A DNA stretch of 62,479 nt, counting the filler, from Sphacelaria rigidula (taxonomy: Eukaryota): NCBI GenBank assembly GCA_964200075.2. It is 10 parts of 10 records of this genome, joined end to end, with 100 filler letters (N's around TTAATTAATTAA, not from the genome) between each part and the next. Parts side by side here need not be neighbours in the genome. Positions count along the whole stretch, not along the records: positions 18,775 to 24,932 come from CAXNAA020021871.1; positions 25,033 to 31,190 come from CAXNAA020021872.1; positions 31,291 to 37,448 come from CAXNAA020021873.1; 7 more parts are not named here. One strand, 5' to 3'. Position numbers and translations under genes: made by a program. Each line of letters starts with the position of its first letter. Position 1 is the stretch's first letter. The notes beneath the pieces are model-generated. The model saw only the letters and a list, made by a program, of their open reading frames with translations. It searched no databases and had not been told where the DNA came from. Of this stretch, positions 23,841 to 36,000 are shown piece after piece.

Positions 23841-24097
23841 TGTAGACTTCTGTCACTCAAGATTAGATTGCCATGTGGACTCCTCCCATCACGGGCACAT
23901 GGACTTAAGCAGCTCTAGTTATTCATATATTAACCCTCAGCATAGTACAGGACAACAGGACCATAGCCTCTCCCCACCAGAGTAGCAAAACCGGCTCTAC
24001 TCGTCATGGAGGTCACCATCACAAAGTCCGGCAATCAGACCCGCAACTCCACCTAAAAAGTCCCTGACCGTCGGTAACAAAGGTGGCTAGGTCTACA
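23841..24097 (-). repeat. 5' LTR
   Basis: Direct repeat of 19733-19989. Confidence 0.92.
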
Positions 24098-25399
24098 AGT
24101 GTGATTAAAGTGCTGTCGGAACAAAAGTTGGAACAATTATGCGATGGCTGCGCAGCTGTCTGTTACATCTTCTGTGGTACTTCAGTTGTAGTCGGGTGCT
24201 GTGATCGGGGGAGACACACAAGGCGGGTGCGTGCAGGTTGGGGCACATAAACTGAGCCAGCGCGGAGCCGCTGTATTCTCAGTGATCGGTGGTGGCAGCT
24301 GTCTGCGTCGCAGCGGCGTAATGTGTGGACCGATCAGACTATTTTGCCACTCATATGCCACTCGTTTCTCTCATCTGATCGGCGAAAGATCGCCGCATTT
24401 TCGTATATTGAAAGGCTCTGATTGGTCGAAAATATTGCCACTCATATCTCTCGCCCCTTTCTGTGGGCCCTGTGCCGAGAATGAACCCATGAAGGGTTTG
24501 CATTGTTCTGCGAAAGGGTGGTATCTGGCATGGTTGTCTGCGAAACAGGAGTACGTGCCTCTTCATTATTTCCCGCCGCGTGTTTCCGATTAAGCCAAGC
24601 TTTTCTGTTTTTCACCCTGCCCCCCGCGCGGAACATAATTATCAAGTGGACTTGATATTATCTAGGATCATATATGTCGTGGACGTACGAGCTGGGCCAG
24701 CTGTGGGGATAAAGAAAAAGCGGAAAGGGCCGGCAGGCGGTAACTCGAAGAGTTAGGCGCTGAAAATTTGACACAACATTTTTATCACCAGTCCAGACAG
24801 GACTAGTGTCTGTACACTTGAAAAAAATAAGAAGTAAAAAGTTAGAGCGACTTGAAGTTTATACGAAAACAGGAAAATCGCCATAACTACGTGTTAAGTT
24901 GAAAATAACGGATGTACGTTCAACCAGGCGGTNNNNNNNNNNNNNNNNNNNNNNNNNNNNNNNNNNNNNNNNNNNNTTAATTAATTAANNNNNNNNNNNN
25001 NNNNNNNNNNNNNNNNNNNNNNNNNNNNNNNNCATCCTGCTAAGATTGTTCGGCCCGGAGCCTACTGATCGTCTTGCATTTGGATGACAGCCTACAATGA
25101 GTCGCTTTATTTTCTGGTGTTGCCACTTTTAGAGACAGCCACGGCTTATATACTGCCTCATGAGTGTCTCACCATGAGGTGTATTTTCCATTTTTGGGAT
25201 GTTTGACACGGTTTCTGGCCCCCACATAGAGAATATCGCATCACACGTCTTGCACATTTTGGATCACCCCATCGAAAGGAGTCTAGCCCACCTTTCCGAC
25301 CCACTTGGCTTTGAGGTTTCGAGAATGGCTTCTGAACAAAAGTACGGCTGGACCGAAATATGCGGTTCTGTAGGTATTTTCGTCAAATTGTCTCAAGAG

Positions 25400-28300
25400 T
25401 GAAAACTATAGTGGTAGAGCATGGAATAGTAAAGAAATGGGAGTGCATGTATGCGCGGAGGACGTGAGAACTACAAATCACCGCCTAATATAAACAGAGA
25501 GCCAACAGACGAGAAGTGAAAAAAAGGCCGAGTAGGGAGTTGTACAGATGGAAAATCGAAGAATGGGAGCAGTTGGTCAAGAACACAGTGAGTAAAGTCA
25601 TACGGAAGAAACTGATCGTATGCAATAGAGCGGTCAAATGATGGGATGAGGAAGTAAAAGAGGGTATAAGAGTAAGGAGAGCGGCCTACGCGAGATGCAT
25701 ACCGAGTAAAACTACGGCAGGATGGGAGGAGTATACTAAAACTCGGAAGGAAGTAAAAAATATGGTACAAAAGAAAAACACGGGAGTATGGGACGATATA
25801 GTAAACAAAACAAGTGAAGATTTCGATGGCGGGATGAAACAACTGTGGGCAGGGATAAAGAGAATAACGAGAAACCAAGGAGAAAAGATAGACAAGAGGA
25901 TGGCTACACTACGGGCACAGAACGGTAACATGGTCAGTAGTTCAAAGGGCAAGAGAAAAGTGATAGTCGAGCACTACCGTAAACTACAGTAGAAACACCA
26001 AAAACTAACACGGAGTTCGACATAGAATTTCGAAGAAGAAATCAACGCGTGGGCAGAGGCAAATGTAGAGACGTCGAAATGGGAGGATAATGGCTAGCCA
26101 GAATTGCAAGGAGAATTTACCAGAGATGAAGTAAAGGAGTGCGTAGCTAAACTCAAGAACAGAAAAGGTAGCAGTGGCAGACGAAATCGTGAACGAATTT
26201 CTCAAGTACGGGGGAGAGGGAATGATTACCATGATGGGTATGTTGTACAACTGGATATGGGAAAACAAGTGCACACCCAAGAGGTGGAGAGAAGGAGTAG
26301 TCGTCAATATTTTCAAAAAAAGGAGAAAAGGCTTACCCAACAAACTATAGAGGGATAACGCTACTGTGCACGGTAGGGAAAACATTCTGTAAGGTTCTGC
26401 ATGATAGAGTAGGAACGATGGGAGAAAAGGAAGACAAAATCAGCAAGGGACAAGCAGGAATTAGAACAAACCGCAGTTGCGTAGACCATGTGTACACACA
26501 AGGTGAGATTATTCAGGGTAGGAAAGACCACGGGCTGACAACGTACTGTTTCTTTCTAGAAGTGCAAAAGGCTTGTGACACAGTATGAAGAAATGGGTTG
26601 CGGAAAAAGTTGTGGGAAGCTCGGATCAGAGGAGAGACGTGGAGAATGGTAAAAAAGATGACAGAATGCGCCAAAAGTGCCATGATGTTAGACGGGGAAA
26701 TATCGAAATATTTTGATATCTCACAAAGAGTTGCACAAGGATGTACGTCATCACCCACTTCGTTCAAGGTATTCATCAATTACTTGATAATAGCAGTAGA
26801 AGCAGCAAAGCAAGGGGTTCAGGTGGGTGAAAATATGGTATCAGGATTGATGTTCGCGGATGATTTTTGTGGGGATTTCAGGAACAGCAGAAGGACTACA
26901 GACACTGATGGACAAGGCGCTAGAATACACTAGGAAATGGAGAGTGACAGCAAACGTTAACAAATGCGCGNNNNNNNNNNTGGAAGTGGGGAGAAGAGGA
27001 ACTGCCGATCATAGACCAGTATACATACCTTGGCCGAAAGATCTCGAAAAACTGTTCTTGGGATGCACACATGAACAAAGTAATAGAAAAGGGTAAGGCA
27101 CAGATAGGAAGGACGGACGTGATCCTCAGAGACTCGCATCTGGACACTAGGATCAAGAGATGTATCCTGATGAACATGATCGTACCAAAGCTGGAATATA
27201 CAGGAGAAGTATGGGAGGGGAACGTGAAGTTGAAGAAGTTGGAAACAACAGCAGCTAAGAAAATACTTGGATGCTCGAAAATGACGAGTAATACAGCATT
27301 GAGAGCAGAGTTGGGATCGTACTCACTTAAAACAAACAGGGACATGAAGAAATTGCGATGACAATATAGCGTAGAGAACATGCAGAGAAAGAGATTGACA
27401 GCTATAGTTGATAGGGCTGTATGGAGGAAAGTACGAACGGGTATCCTGGAATAAAGTGGGATCAAGAAGTCAAGAAAGTGTGGAAGGAGATAAGCGGGAA
27501 CCAAGACGAAATACTGTCCATGGGTGAAGGTGAAGCGCGGAGTACAAGACAAAAGTGAGGGAGACATGATGGAAATAAGGGGAAAAGCAGCGCTCAGACG
27601 CAAAGTAGACGGGGAAGAATATCTGAAGATATACGGGGGGTTGAGAGAGGGGATCGGGATGAAAAGATATTCGCATGGCCCAATGGATGCGGCGAAAAAA
27701 CTGAAACTGCGATGTCGGGTGGGGGACCTGGACCTGCCAGAAAGAAGAAAGAGATGAACCAGTAGTCGTGTGGAGGAGATGCACAAAATTAGCCCTGTGA
27801 CAAAGTAAAAAGAGAGCAGAAGTCATAGAGTTGCAGAATATGAAGTATACAAGGAGGAACGGGACGTGCTAGAGGGGGAAATGCGGGACGTGAACGAAGA
27901 TAACCTGACATCGTTTGATGCACTAGACAGTAAGGGGGAAAACATGGCTATACTAGGAGATAGATGGTGGCCACAGACGGCGAAACAGGACAGGGATAAG
28001 GTGCGCAAAAGGTTTACATGTGAATGTTTTAGAAAAAAAATGTGTGAAAGAAACGTAATGAGCACCCAAATGTTGGAAGTTTCTCTATTAGGAGTAGGAA
28101 CGGTGCTCCGTCTCGAAAGGGATGCGTGGTGAATGAGTTCGTAATTTCTTCGTAGTTGCCAATTGTTTTGGACTCTTTCGCTTGCCATCGCTCATCACAT
28201 TGGAGACCTAGACATACTTGTATCCGTTCCACATACCGAGATTGTTTTTCCTGTACTCAATATTAAGTGATTCACGAGCTGACTGGTCATCGGGGGTTTT

Positions 28301-28681
28301 GACACGTTTCAGCCCAGATTCTGACTCTTCGGTATTTTCGGTCGATCGAGCCTGTTCCGATCGTTTTTGTGAAGAAGTGTACATTTTTTTTTTTTTTAGT
28401 TTGACCTACTCATTGCACTAGAGCCAAGAGACTGTGTTTCGCGGTCGAAAACACCTTCCTGATATACGAGATGTCTACTCGTATCGCCCGATACAACCAA
28501 CGAACACCAATTGGACACTGGGGGGGGAAGACGATCTGTTCATTTAACCAAAATCCACCGACGCTAGCACTTTCGAGTTCAATCGAAGAGTAATCGCGAG
28601 GAAGAGTCCTCCTGAACAAGAAATAGTCCACGCACCCAGTACTAGAAGGCAAGCAACACATGAGTACGCTCCCCCCCCCCC
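25400..28681 (+). mobile_element. 5'-truncated, decayed non-LTR retrotransposon (APE-type LINE, L2/RTEX-like) ORF2; ~500-bp insertion at ~28136-28643 near the 3' end
   Basis: RT motifs QAG.RTNRSCVDH, FLEVQKACDTV, VAQGCTSSP and LMFADDF. Many stops and frameshifts. The 3' end AAGGCAAGCAACACATGAGTAC plus C-run resumes at ~28646. Confidence 0.9.
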
Positions 28682-28921
28682 GAAAAAATAACCAATGGTG
28701 ACAAACGGTGTAAGCAGCTGCATCACCGTCTTGACAAGATGAAAAATGGAATCTCTTACTGAGACTCTGGCTTTTGCCCAGGGTTTTGTCGGTGTTTTGT
28801 TGTATGGCTCGACGGTAAGGCGGTGAGGCGAGTTCACGCCTGCAGCTCGAAGCAAAACTCCATGATCGACGCACATTCCCACTCCTATACCGAATGAGGG
28901 GTAGGGTCGCCATGAGGGTAC

Positions 28922-29062
28922 TGTGTGTGTGTGTGTTGTCGTCCCATTTATTCTGGACGCCGGTCTACACCTTTCGGAGTATGTCGGCGCACCAGCCGGG
29001 GTCACACAGGAGGAAGGTCAACATTGGAACGTTTTTTTTTTAGTAGCCCCTCTTCCTTCTGC
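28922..29062 (-). mobile_element. Truncated SINE copy
   Basis: (TG)n followed by GTCCCATTTATTCTGGACGCCGGTCTACACC..CACACAGGAGGAAGG. Confidence 0.8.
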
Positions 29063-29194
29063 GGTGTACTCTAGTGACAATATACCAGGGTTCGTAAAAT
29101 ACCATGTTATTGCGGAGACAGGGTTGATGAAGTCAGGGGTAGAGCTTGTGTGAGAAGCTAAGATGTTGATGTGTGTGTCAAGTATTTCATGCGG

Positions 29195-29431
29195 GTGTCC
29201 ATGTTGTGGGTACACAAAATTCGACTTTAAGGTCGACGAGGGAAAGGGACCGCTGAACCCCTCTCGTGATGAAATACAAGGCAAGCACCGCAGAAGGAAG
29301 GTGGAGTACTGAAACGAAAGAAGAGAAAAGCTCCTGTGTTGGCCTTCCTCCTGTGCGACCCCGGCTGATGCGCCCACATGTGCCGGAAGGTGTAGACTGG
29401 CGTCCAGAATAAATGGGTTGACAACACACAC
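29195..29431 (+). mobile_element. Truncated SINE copy
   Basis: CCATGTTGTGGGTACACAAAATTCGAC...CAGAATAAATGGG..(CA)n matches 9008-9243. Confidence 0.85.
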
Positions 29432-29609
29432 ATTTATCTATATGTAAAATTGATTTGTTCGTTCTATCCCCCAATTTATGTGTTCCAAGAATTAAAAGCG
29501 AAAAAAGCGTTTGTATTGCGTTTTTCCAGTACTACTCGTACGTATTTGGTCCAAAATAGTAACTGACCAGGGTGAGAAACACGCAGGTATACCTTTTCTA
29601 GACTATACT

Positions 29610-30200
29610 GTTGTTATTATGTTCGTCACATTAGCCCGATCCCTCAAACCCGTGGACACAGAGTGCGAGGGGTATACCACCCATACTAAATAACTCAAAC
29701 AGCCCGCAGAGTAACGCAAGAAACAGAACATCTACACGAAAAAGGGCACCTACACTACGATGAATCCGTATAAGACCGATTGAACTACAGGAAACCTACT
29801 GGAATCTAAAAAGTCCCCGCGTGCGATCTCTCCGACTACCTTGCCACGTACTGGTGTGTACACAGAGTAGTAGCAGCGAGTGAGCCGATAATCCAACTGT
29901 CGCGTAAAACAGAGACCAATCCCGGAATGGATCTACTGTCCAGAGTGCTGTTCAAAGAGATCCTCTACAGAGCCTTAGCACCGAAGACTGAGCAACGTCA
30001 GATAGGAAGATGCAACAAAGACAAGAAGAATAAAAAAAGGAAGAGCCGATGGCAACGAGGAGAGAAAGCCAAGAACTACGATCTCCCTCGGGTTCCGGTC
30101 AAGTAGCATCGTCATGGAAACATAGCAGACAGGGCGTGTCTAGCCTACACACGGCATAGCGCTATCAGCAAAAAACAGCATTTCTTCAGAGTGTCCTATA
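29610..30200 (-). mobile_element. Retroposed element with an RTE-type 3' tail (5' extent uncertain, possibly to ~31150)
   Basis: TTATTATGTTCGTCACATTAGCCCGATCCCTCAAACCCGTGG resembles the RTE 3' end TTTATTTCCGCACATTAGCCCGATATCTCAAACTCGTGG at 56676-56714. Confidence 0.5.
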
Positions 30201-31290
30201 TTCAACTATAAAAACATGGGATACCATCTGTATGTAGTATCCACAACAAACAACAATATCATAAACCCAACAGGAATATAATATATCGCCCTCAACAAAA
30301 TTAGCCGCTTGCTCTGCTTTCGTCCGCTGCAAGGTCCTCTTCACAATTGACCTCCTGACGCTCCCACCTGTGATCCTGGGAGGAGACCTCCTGTCTTCCT
30401 GCCAGCGCCTCCCTGCTGTGCGTGCATCGGGAGAGTCCCCGCCCCTCCCGCTCCCAAACGTCCCGCTTTCACTGGAGGTGGGCCCCCGCCTGAACCCTCA
30501 CTAGCGTCCATGGCTAACCCCACCGCCCATCCTCGCCGGTGTCCTTGATCCCAAACAGTGCTCCCTCTGCTTCCTTTCGTAAGAAACACTTTCTCCTCCG
30601 TGATGCACTCTGGCTCTAGTCTGTAGTAGGTGTCTCGTTCATGAGGCTCAACCAGACCTAACCCGTCCGTCGACGACCGCTCCTTTGTATCAAAGGTGCG
30701 CGTGCCAGCTTTCGACAGCGGTGTCGTCTACCTCCGCGCACACACCGAATCCCAACTTGCTCGCACTCAGGGTGTTCATGCATGAAGCTGCTTGTAGCGC
30801 AGGATATGCCCGCACTCAGGGTCTTGACATGTTATACTGCTGCATTACAGCAGGGGTGGGTGTGCAAGCACCGTGCTGACCCAACTCTACCACCACGCCA
30901 CGACCTTGACCAAGAATGGTGGGAAGGAATCACTCCTTGGAGGTGATTCCGGCCCTACGCCCGCCGAAAAGACCCTCCCCACGCCGTACCGACAAGACCG
31001 GTCATGGCCTTCGTTGGAGGACGGGAGCGGAGACTGTTGCGTTTCATGTGATGTATTATGTGCCCACGGTAAACATAGGCACATGCTTTTTTTGTCTCGT
31101 TTTCATTCCCGTTATTTTGTTGTTTTTGTTGTTTTTGTTGTTTTTGTATCGCGTGGATGACCTCCTGTCTCCACCTCCCCCCGCGCCCTTNNNNNNNNNN
31201 NNNNNNNNNNNNNNNNNNNNNNNNNNNNNNNNNNTTAATTAATTAANNNNNNNNNNNNNNNNNNNNNNNNNNNNNNNNNNNNNNNNNNNN

Positions 31291-31730
31291 CGGTATCAGG
31301 GGTAGCCGTGATGTACGGTGGTGTGGTTGTGTCGGCAACGAGCCGCACGCAATACTGCGTAACTCTGTCGACTACGGAAGCAGAGTATGTTGCGATGGCC
31401 GAGGGGGCAAAGGAGGGATTGTTTGTGAAGGCAGTGTTGACGTTCCTGCGACCGCAGACTGTGTCGGGAAACAGGGAAAACCAAGGTATTGTTTTGTACG
31501 AGGATAACGAGGGAACAAAAGCTCTGGCCGAGAATCCTCTCAGCTCCGAAAGGAGTAAGCACATAGACGTGAGATATCACTTCATTCGAGAATTGGTGGG
31601 GACGGGAAAGATCAGGGTTGTACATGTAGGCTCAGGATGGCAGCATGCAGATATTTTGACGAAGCCTCTTTCGATCAGCCTGTTTACGAGGCACAGACGT
31701 TTTCTTATGAACTTGAAAGGTGACAAGTAG
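31291..31730 (+). mobile_element. Ty1/Copia polyprotein C-terminus (RNase H domain)
   Basis: TQYCVTLSTTEAEYVAM, LYEDNEG..ALAENPLSSERSKHIDVRYHFIRE and QHADILTKPL are canonical Copia RNase H motifs. Open to the stop codon and truncated by the contig start. Confidence 0.95.
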
Positions 31731-31918
31731 GTACGACTTTTTTGTGTGTACCATTGTGCTCGTGCCGGGTATTTTTAGATTCGAGTGATGCATTTATGCG
31801 TATTTTGGGTTAAGCCACCCACGCTACTTTGAGGGGCATGGGTTTTGTAGGGCGTTTCCCGAAATGTCGTGTATCTGCCTTGACCGGTGCTCATGGATTG
31901 TCTAGATGGAGCACAAGC

Positions 31919-32220
31919 TGTTGAGGGGAGGGGGTTTTTGCCCGGATGGCCGGGTTTCCCCCTTGAAACTTTCTTTTTTGAGAGAAAAAGCCACGACGAC
32001 TGATGTACCGGTTCAGAGGGGTTGTTCATGTGAACAGGTACACTGAGTGAACATGCACACGTACGGATATAATTATGCGGATGTGAGGGTACTGGTAGTC
32101 GAGTGTGTGTGGCTACAGTATCCCGCTCATGGCAGCTGCCGAGCTGCCATGAGCCCACTCTCTCACTCAGCTTCTGATCCCTCAGTCATAGGGTCAACTC
32201 AGTCTAGGCACTCTCCAATA
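31919..32220 (+). repeat. Probable Copia 3' LTR
   Basis: TGTTGAGGGG ... CTCTCCAATA (degenerate TGTTG/CAACA ends) ~190 bp after the pol stop. No second copy available for confirmation. Confidence 0.4.
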
Positions 32221-32619
32221 ATGCAAGAGACAAAACTATCTATCCTTCGCCACGGGCCACGGAATATGACCTACATGCTGTACGCAATGCTCATTGCGTG
32301 CCGCTCTTCTGCAAAGCTATTATCGACTCGAGAAGCGAAAGGCAGGCATGGTCTTGGCGTTATGTAAATAATTTGTATTATTACGGTAGCCGTTGCATAC
32401 TGTTGTACGGGGTCCTAGGATGCCTTGCGTACACGATGCAACCCATCCAGAGGCTCCCTTCCACACCTAACCAATGCATTACTTTTCTTCTGCGACATAG
32501 TGACCAATTCGAGAGAGCAGGAAGGCAAACGCAATAACTCAACATCAAATTTACCTCCACTGAGGCTACATATGAGCTGTTTAGGTTTTGACACTGGGTT
32601 TGTCGCCATGAGAAATATT

Positions 32620-33075
32620 GCGAGGCAGGCAGTGTTGTTTCCTATCTGTTCAAATGTTCAAACCGTCAGAGGGTGTTGGCTGTTGCGTATTGAGTGATCA
32701 AGCAAGGCGCTTCCCGACCCAGTCACCGCAATGCGGTAGTTACTGCCGTGCCGTAGTGCATCTAAACTCTTAACGGCGACCTCGGTGCGATGTGCGCTGA
32801 AGAGCGCGTGAGCAGTTGTACTGCCGCATGCTCTGTTTTCGTCTGCACAGAACCGAGGTGGGATCAAAATGCTGCAGAATTAAGTTTTCAAACAACCAGG
32901 CGACGAGTCAGCAGCTGTCTGTTCGGTCTGCAGTAACCATACTCGTAGTACCGCAGAAGACACGCAAGGCAGGTGCATGCAGGTTGAGGCAAAAAGATTG
33001 ACCCAGCACGGAGCTGCTGTATCCTCGGTGATTGGTGGTAGCAGCTGCCTGATGCGCAGCGGAGCAATGCGTGTG
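32620..33075 (+). repeat. Interspersed repeat; uninterrupted homologue of the sequence split by the LTR element (19500-19732 + 24098-24330)
   Basis: CAAGGCGCTTCCC, GATGTGCGCTG.AGAG, GTCTGCACAG, GCAGCTGTCTGTT and GGAGC.GCTGTAT occur in the same order. Confidence 0.75.
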
Positions 33076-36000
33076 CCCGGTGCCAGATTTGTGCTGTTTT
33101 TGACGCCTGAACATAGTTTCCGACGCATACTTTCCAACAGGGTCCGCGGGTTGTGTTTAGCCAGGAAGGCTCCCAGAGGACTGTTTTTTTGTTGTGTTTG
33201 TCCGCATAATGTTTGTATAGGTCTCACAACATGCATGAGACTTCAGGCCGTGCAGCAAAGCATATCGCCTCAGCGAACATGGACATACAACGAACCTTGC
33301 CAGCGGCGGCGGGGTCACCTTTCCTAATCATCCTGTTTTTCCAGCATCAACATCGCAGTGCTGGTATCTGTGTCGTGCACGAATCAGGTTCTACTGCCAC
33401 AATCAGTTGTCTCCCCGCACACAAACGCTCATACATGCCTCCTTACTGATCGATACGAGTAATCGGTACACTGTACTATGCAAGCTAAGTCGATGAGTCG
33501 GTAGTGCATCTTGAGAAACATTGGGCTGGGGTAAGCAACTGTGACCAATGATTACCCACGGCTCTGAGCTCTCACAGGACTGGCAAGTCAAACATGTGTG
33601 GTACAACTGCAGACTACACGCATTGTATAGGGCAGCATGATGAGAACTGTTCGTGAACAATGGATTTTGGGACATCGTTCCAGCTTTAAAACTAAAACAC
33701 GACCCAGGTATACGAGGTATGTAAATCAACTCGTCACTCGCGCGGACTGAACAGAACGGATATACTTTTTTTTGTGAGCGAGTTCAAGAACATACTTTTA
33801 CAGGCAGCGGCGGCGATCAACTTTCACATGAAACGAGGCTCATTACAAACCTCATGTATAATCTATGCATGCTATCAACATGGTGCACACTTGACGAATC
33901 CATCAACATGAAATGTTGACACACATGTCAAAATACACATGACATGCAACGCACAAAATAACAGTACTCGCCGCCGCCGCCGGAAAAATTGGTCATAAAT
34001 CTCATGAAGAGAACGGTATATCCGGTTATACTCTCCCACAAGCGACCCACACGTCGTACTTTTCCCCCAACCCTCCACATGCTGGAGGTTCCTTTTTTTC
34101 AGACTATAAGCGCATAAGTATCTATTACAAATATGAGCCCCCACATAGCTCATACGACATAGTGTAACGGACACAACGATCGACTTGACTCACGTCCAGG
34201 GCAGCTCGTAGTGTCCCACGCATGGTTAAGTGTGACCACTGGCATCAAAATCAACATTACCCGAGCCGTTGACACATGGATTGCTGGCTAGACTAAACGG
34301 AACTAATGCGCGTTTTTTTTTCAACTTTTTATACGAGACATGAGCCCAGTCCCTTTTTTTTCTTTTTGTTTTTCGTTCTTCTCATCTCCTTTTCTTTCTT
34401 GGACGTAACGGCAATGAAGCGACACGCACTCAGGTAATTATTGTCCTCGGAACGGGCATGTACCTTTCTCGCCATGAAAGAAACACGGTGCTCACTCACC
34501 CCATCGACAACAAACATGAAATGCCAATAAATGTGGAAAGCTATCACACATTACCACATTCTGTGACGGTAACGCGTTCATCAGACTACAGGTACCAACC
34601 GTCATCAGATTACAGATACCGACGACAAAAAAAGAAAAAGAGAAGGGGGAAATGGCTCATGTCCCGCACAAAAAAATACCCGACTTTCAGAATCGGTTAC
34701 TCGCAAGCAACACTCCCCCAGTGTTTCATTTTTTTTTTCTTATTCTCATTCATTATTTTTCCCTCATTTTGTTTTGTGTATCTATGCACACCCGACCCAG
34801 ACTCAGGGTATATCACCGGCTGAGTAAGCACTGACATGAGTTGAATTGCTACTCATCTTTTTGTCGATAGTTTTATTTTTTTCAAGAAGCAAATCTGAAT
34901 CGTCGGCATCATAATAAGTTGCTCACCAGCGTCGATTAGAACTGATATACGCTTGTTTGATACGGGATATGAGCTCATTCTTTTCTCCTTTTTTTTGCCA
35001 AAAAAGCAGCGATGAAAGCATTTTTTCATATACAGAACCGACATGTACTTTACTCACAATATACACTACATGATGCATGATTATCCCACCCATCACCCAT
35101 GAAATGTCAAACAACACACAATGTCTACTCACATGTGAATATATGCCGTGGAAGCAACGCGATTAATATACTACACCGACGCCGCAACGACGACAAAAAA
35201 AGAAGAAGGATTGGCTCATTTGCCGCACAAAAAAATCGATACATCCAGCTCTGTTCGTCTGCGGGTGACTTTCATACATGAGATTTTTTTTCTACCATGC
35301 AGCTGAGGAAATCTATGCACAAGCGAACCCTCCACAGGTCTTTCCCCTACCGGGTAAACCCTGGCTTGAGTTGGGGCATCAAATGACAGGTACAATGGTG
35401 GGTGACTTGATCAGCTCCCACCCATCCATCTATCGAAAGAATATTTTTTTTCTCCATTCTTTTTCCTTTTGTAGTAACGTCCCAGAGCCCTTCTGTGAGT
35501 ACCGCGAACTATACTGTTGTCCGTACCGCACCACAAAACGATTATACATGCAAGCTTGAGCACAACACGATACATGTAGCGAGGCACCCGGGACTCCGTT
35601 CAGGAACACAGGTAAAATCATCCAGTTCAGGTACGAGCCGAGCCGAGACTGGGAACAGAACCGGGAGGGTATCGTAGCAACATGTACTGGCAGTTGTATC
35701 CTCAAGCCCTAGTGCCAAGATTGTTCGACCATTTGAAAAATACAAAACGGGCGATGAAAAACAGTTTCCCACTGGTGCATCTCATGCAACAACAGCTTTA
35801 CGATCACGATCACTGAAACTCTGGAGAAGAGCACATGCGATGAACACAATACATACATGCTGAATTGCCACTCATCCGCAATGCTCTTGAGCTTTTTCCC
35901 GCGACGACCCCTGCGTCCGGCTTCACACCTTACAGACGCTCTCGCTGCCCGTACACCACAGGGTTTCATCCTTGCAGTGACAGTTTAGCTTTTGGGAACT

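Larger units (their letters stand above)
19733..24097 (-). mobile_element. Complete two-LTR non-autonomous Gypsy-like retroelement (4365 bp)
   Basis: 257-bp LTRs TGTAGAC...GTCTACA at 19733-19989 and 23841-24097 (~10 differences counted by eye). PPT-like TTGGGGGTGC before the 3' LTR. 4-bp TSD GGTG/AGTG. gag remnant present; no RT or RNase H motif found. Confidence 0.9.

Noticed and set aside
26920..27786. 288-aa minus-strand ORF (also 52312-52959 + and 57964-58488 +)
   Set aside because: Antisense shadows of LINE ORF2 sequences.
33296..34238. Two minus-strand micro-exons (34194-34238 and 33296-33332) with AG/GT ends
   Set aside because: Joining them directly gives a stop in every phase and no recognisable protein; cannot be supported without RNA data.
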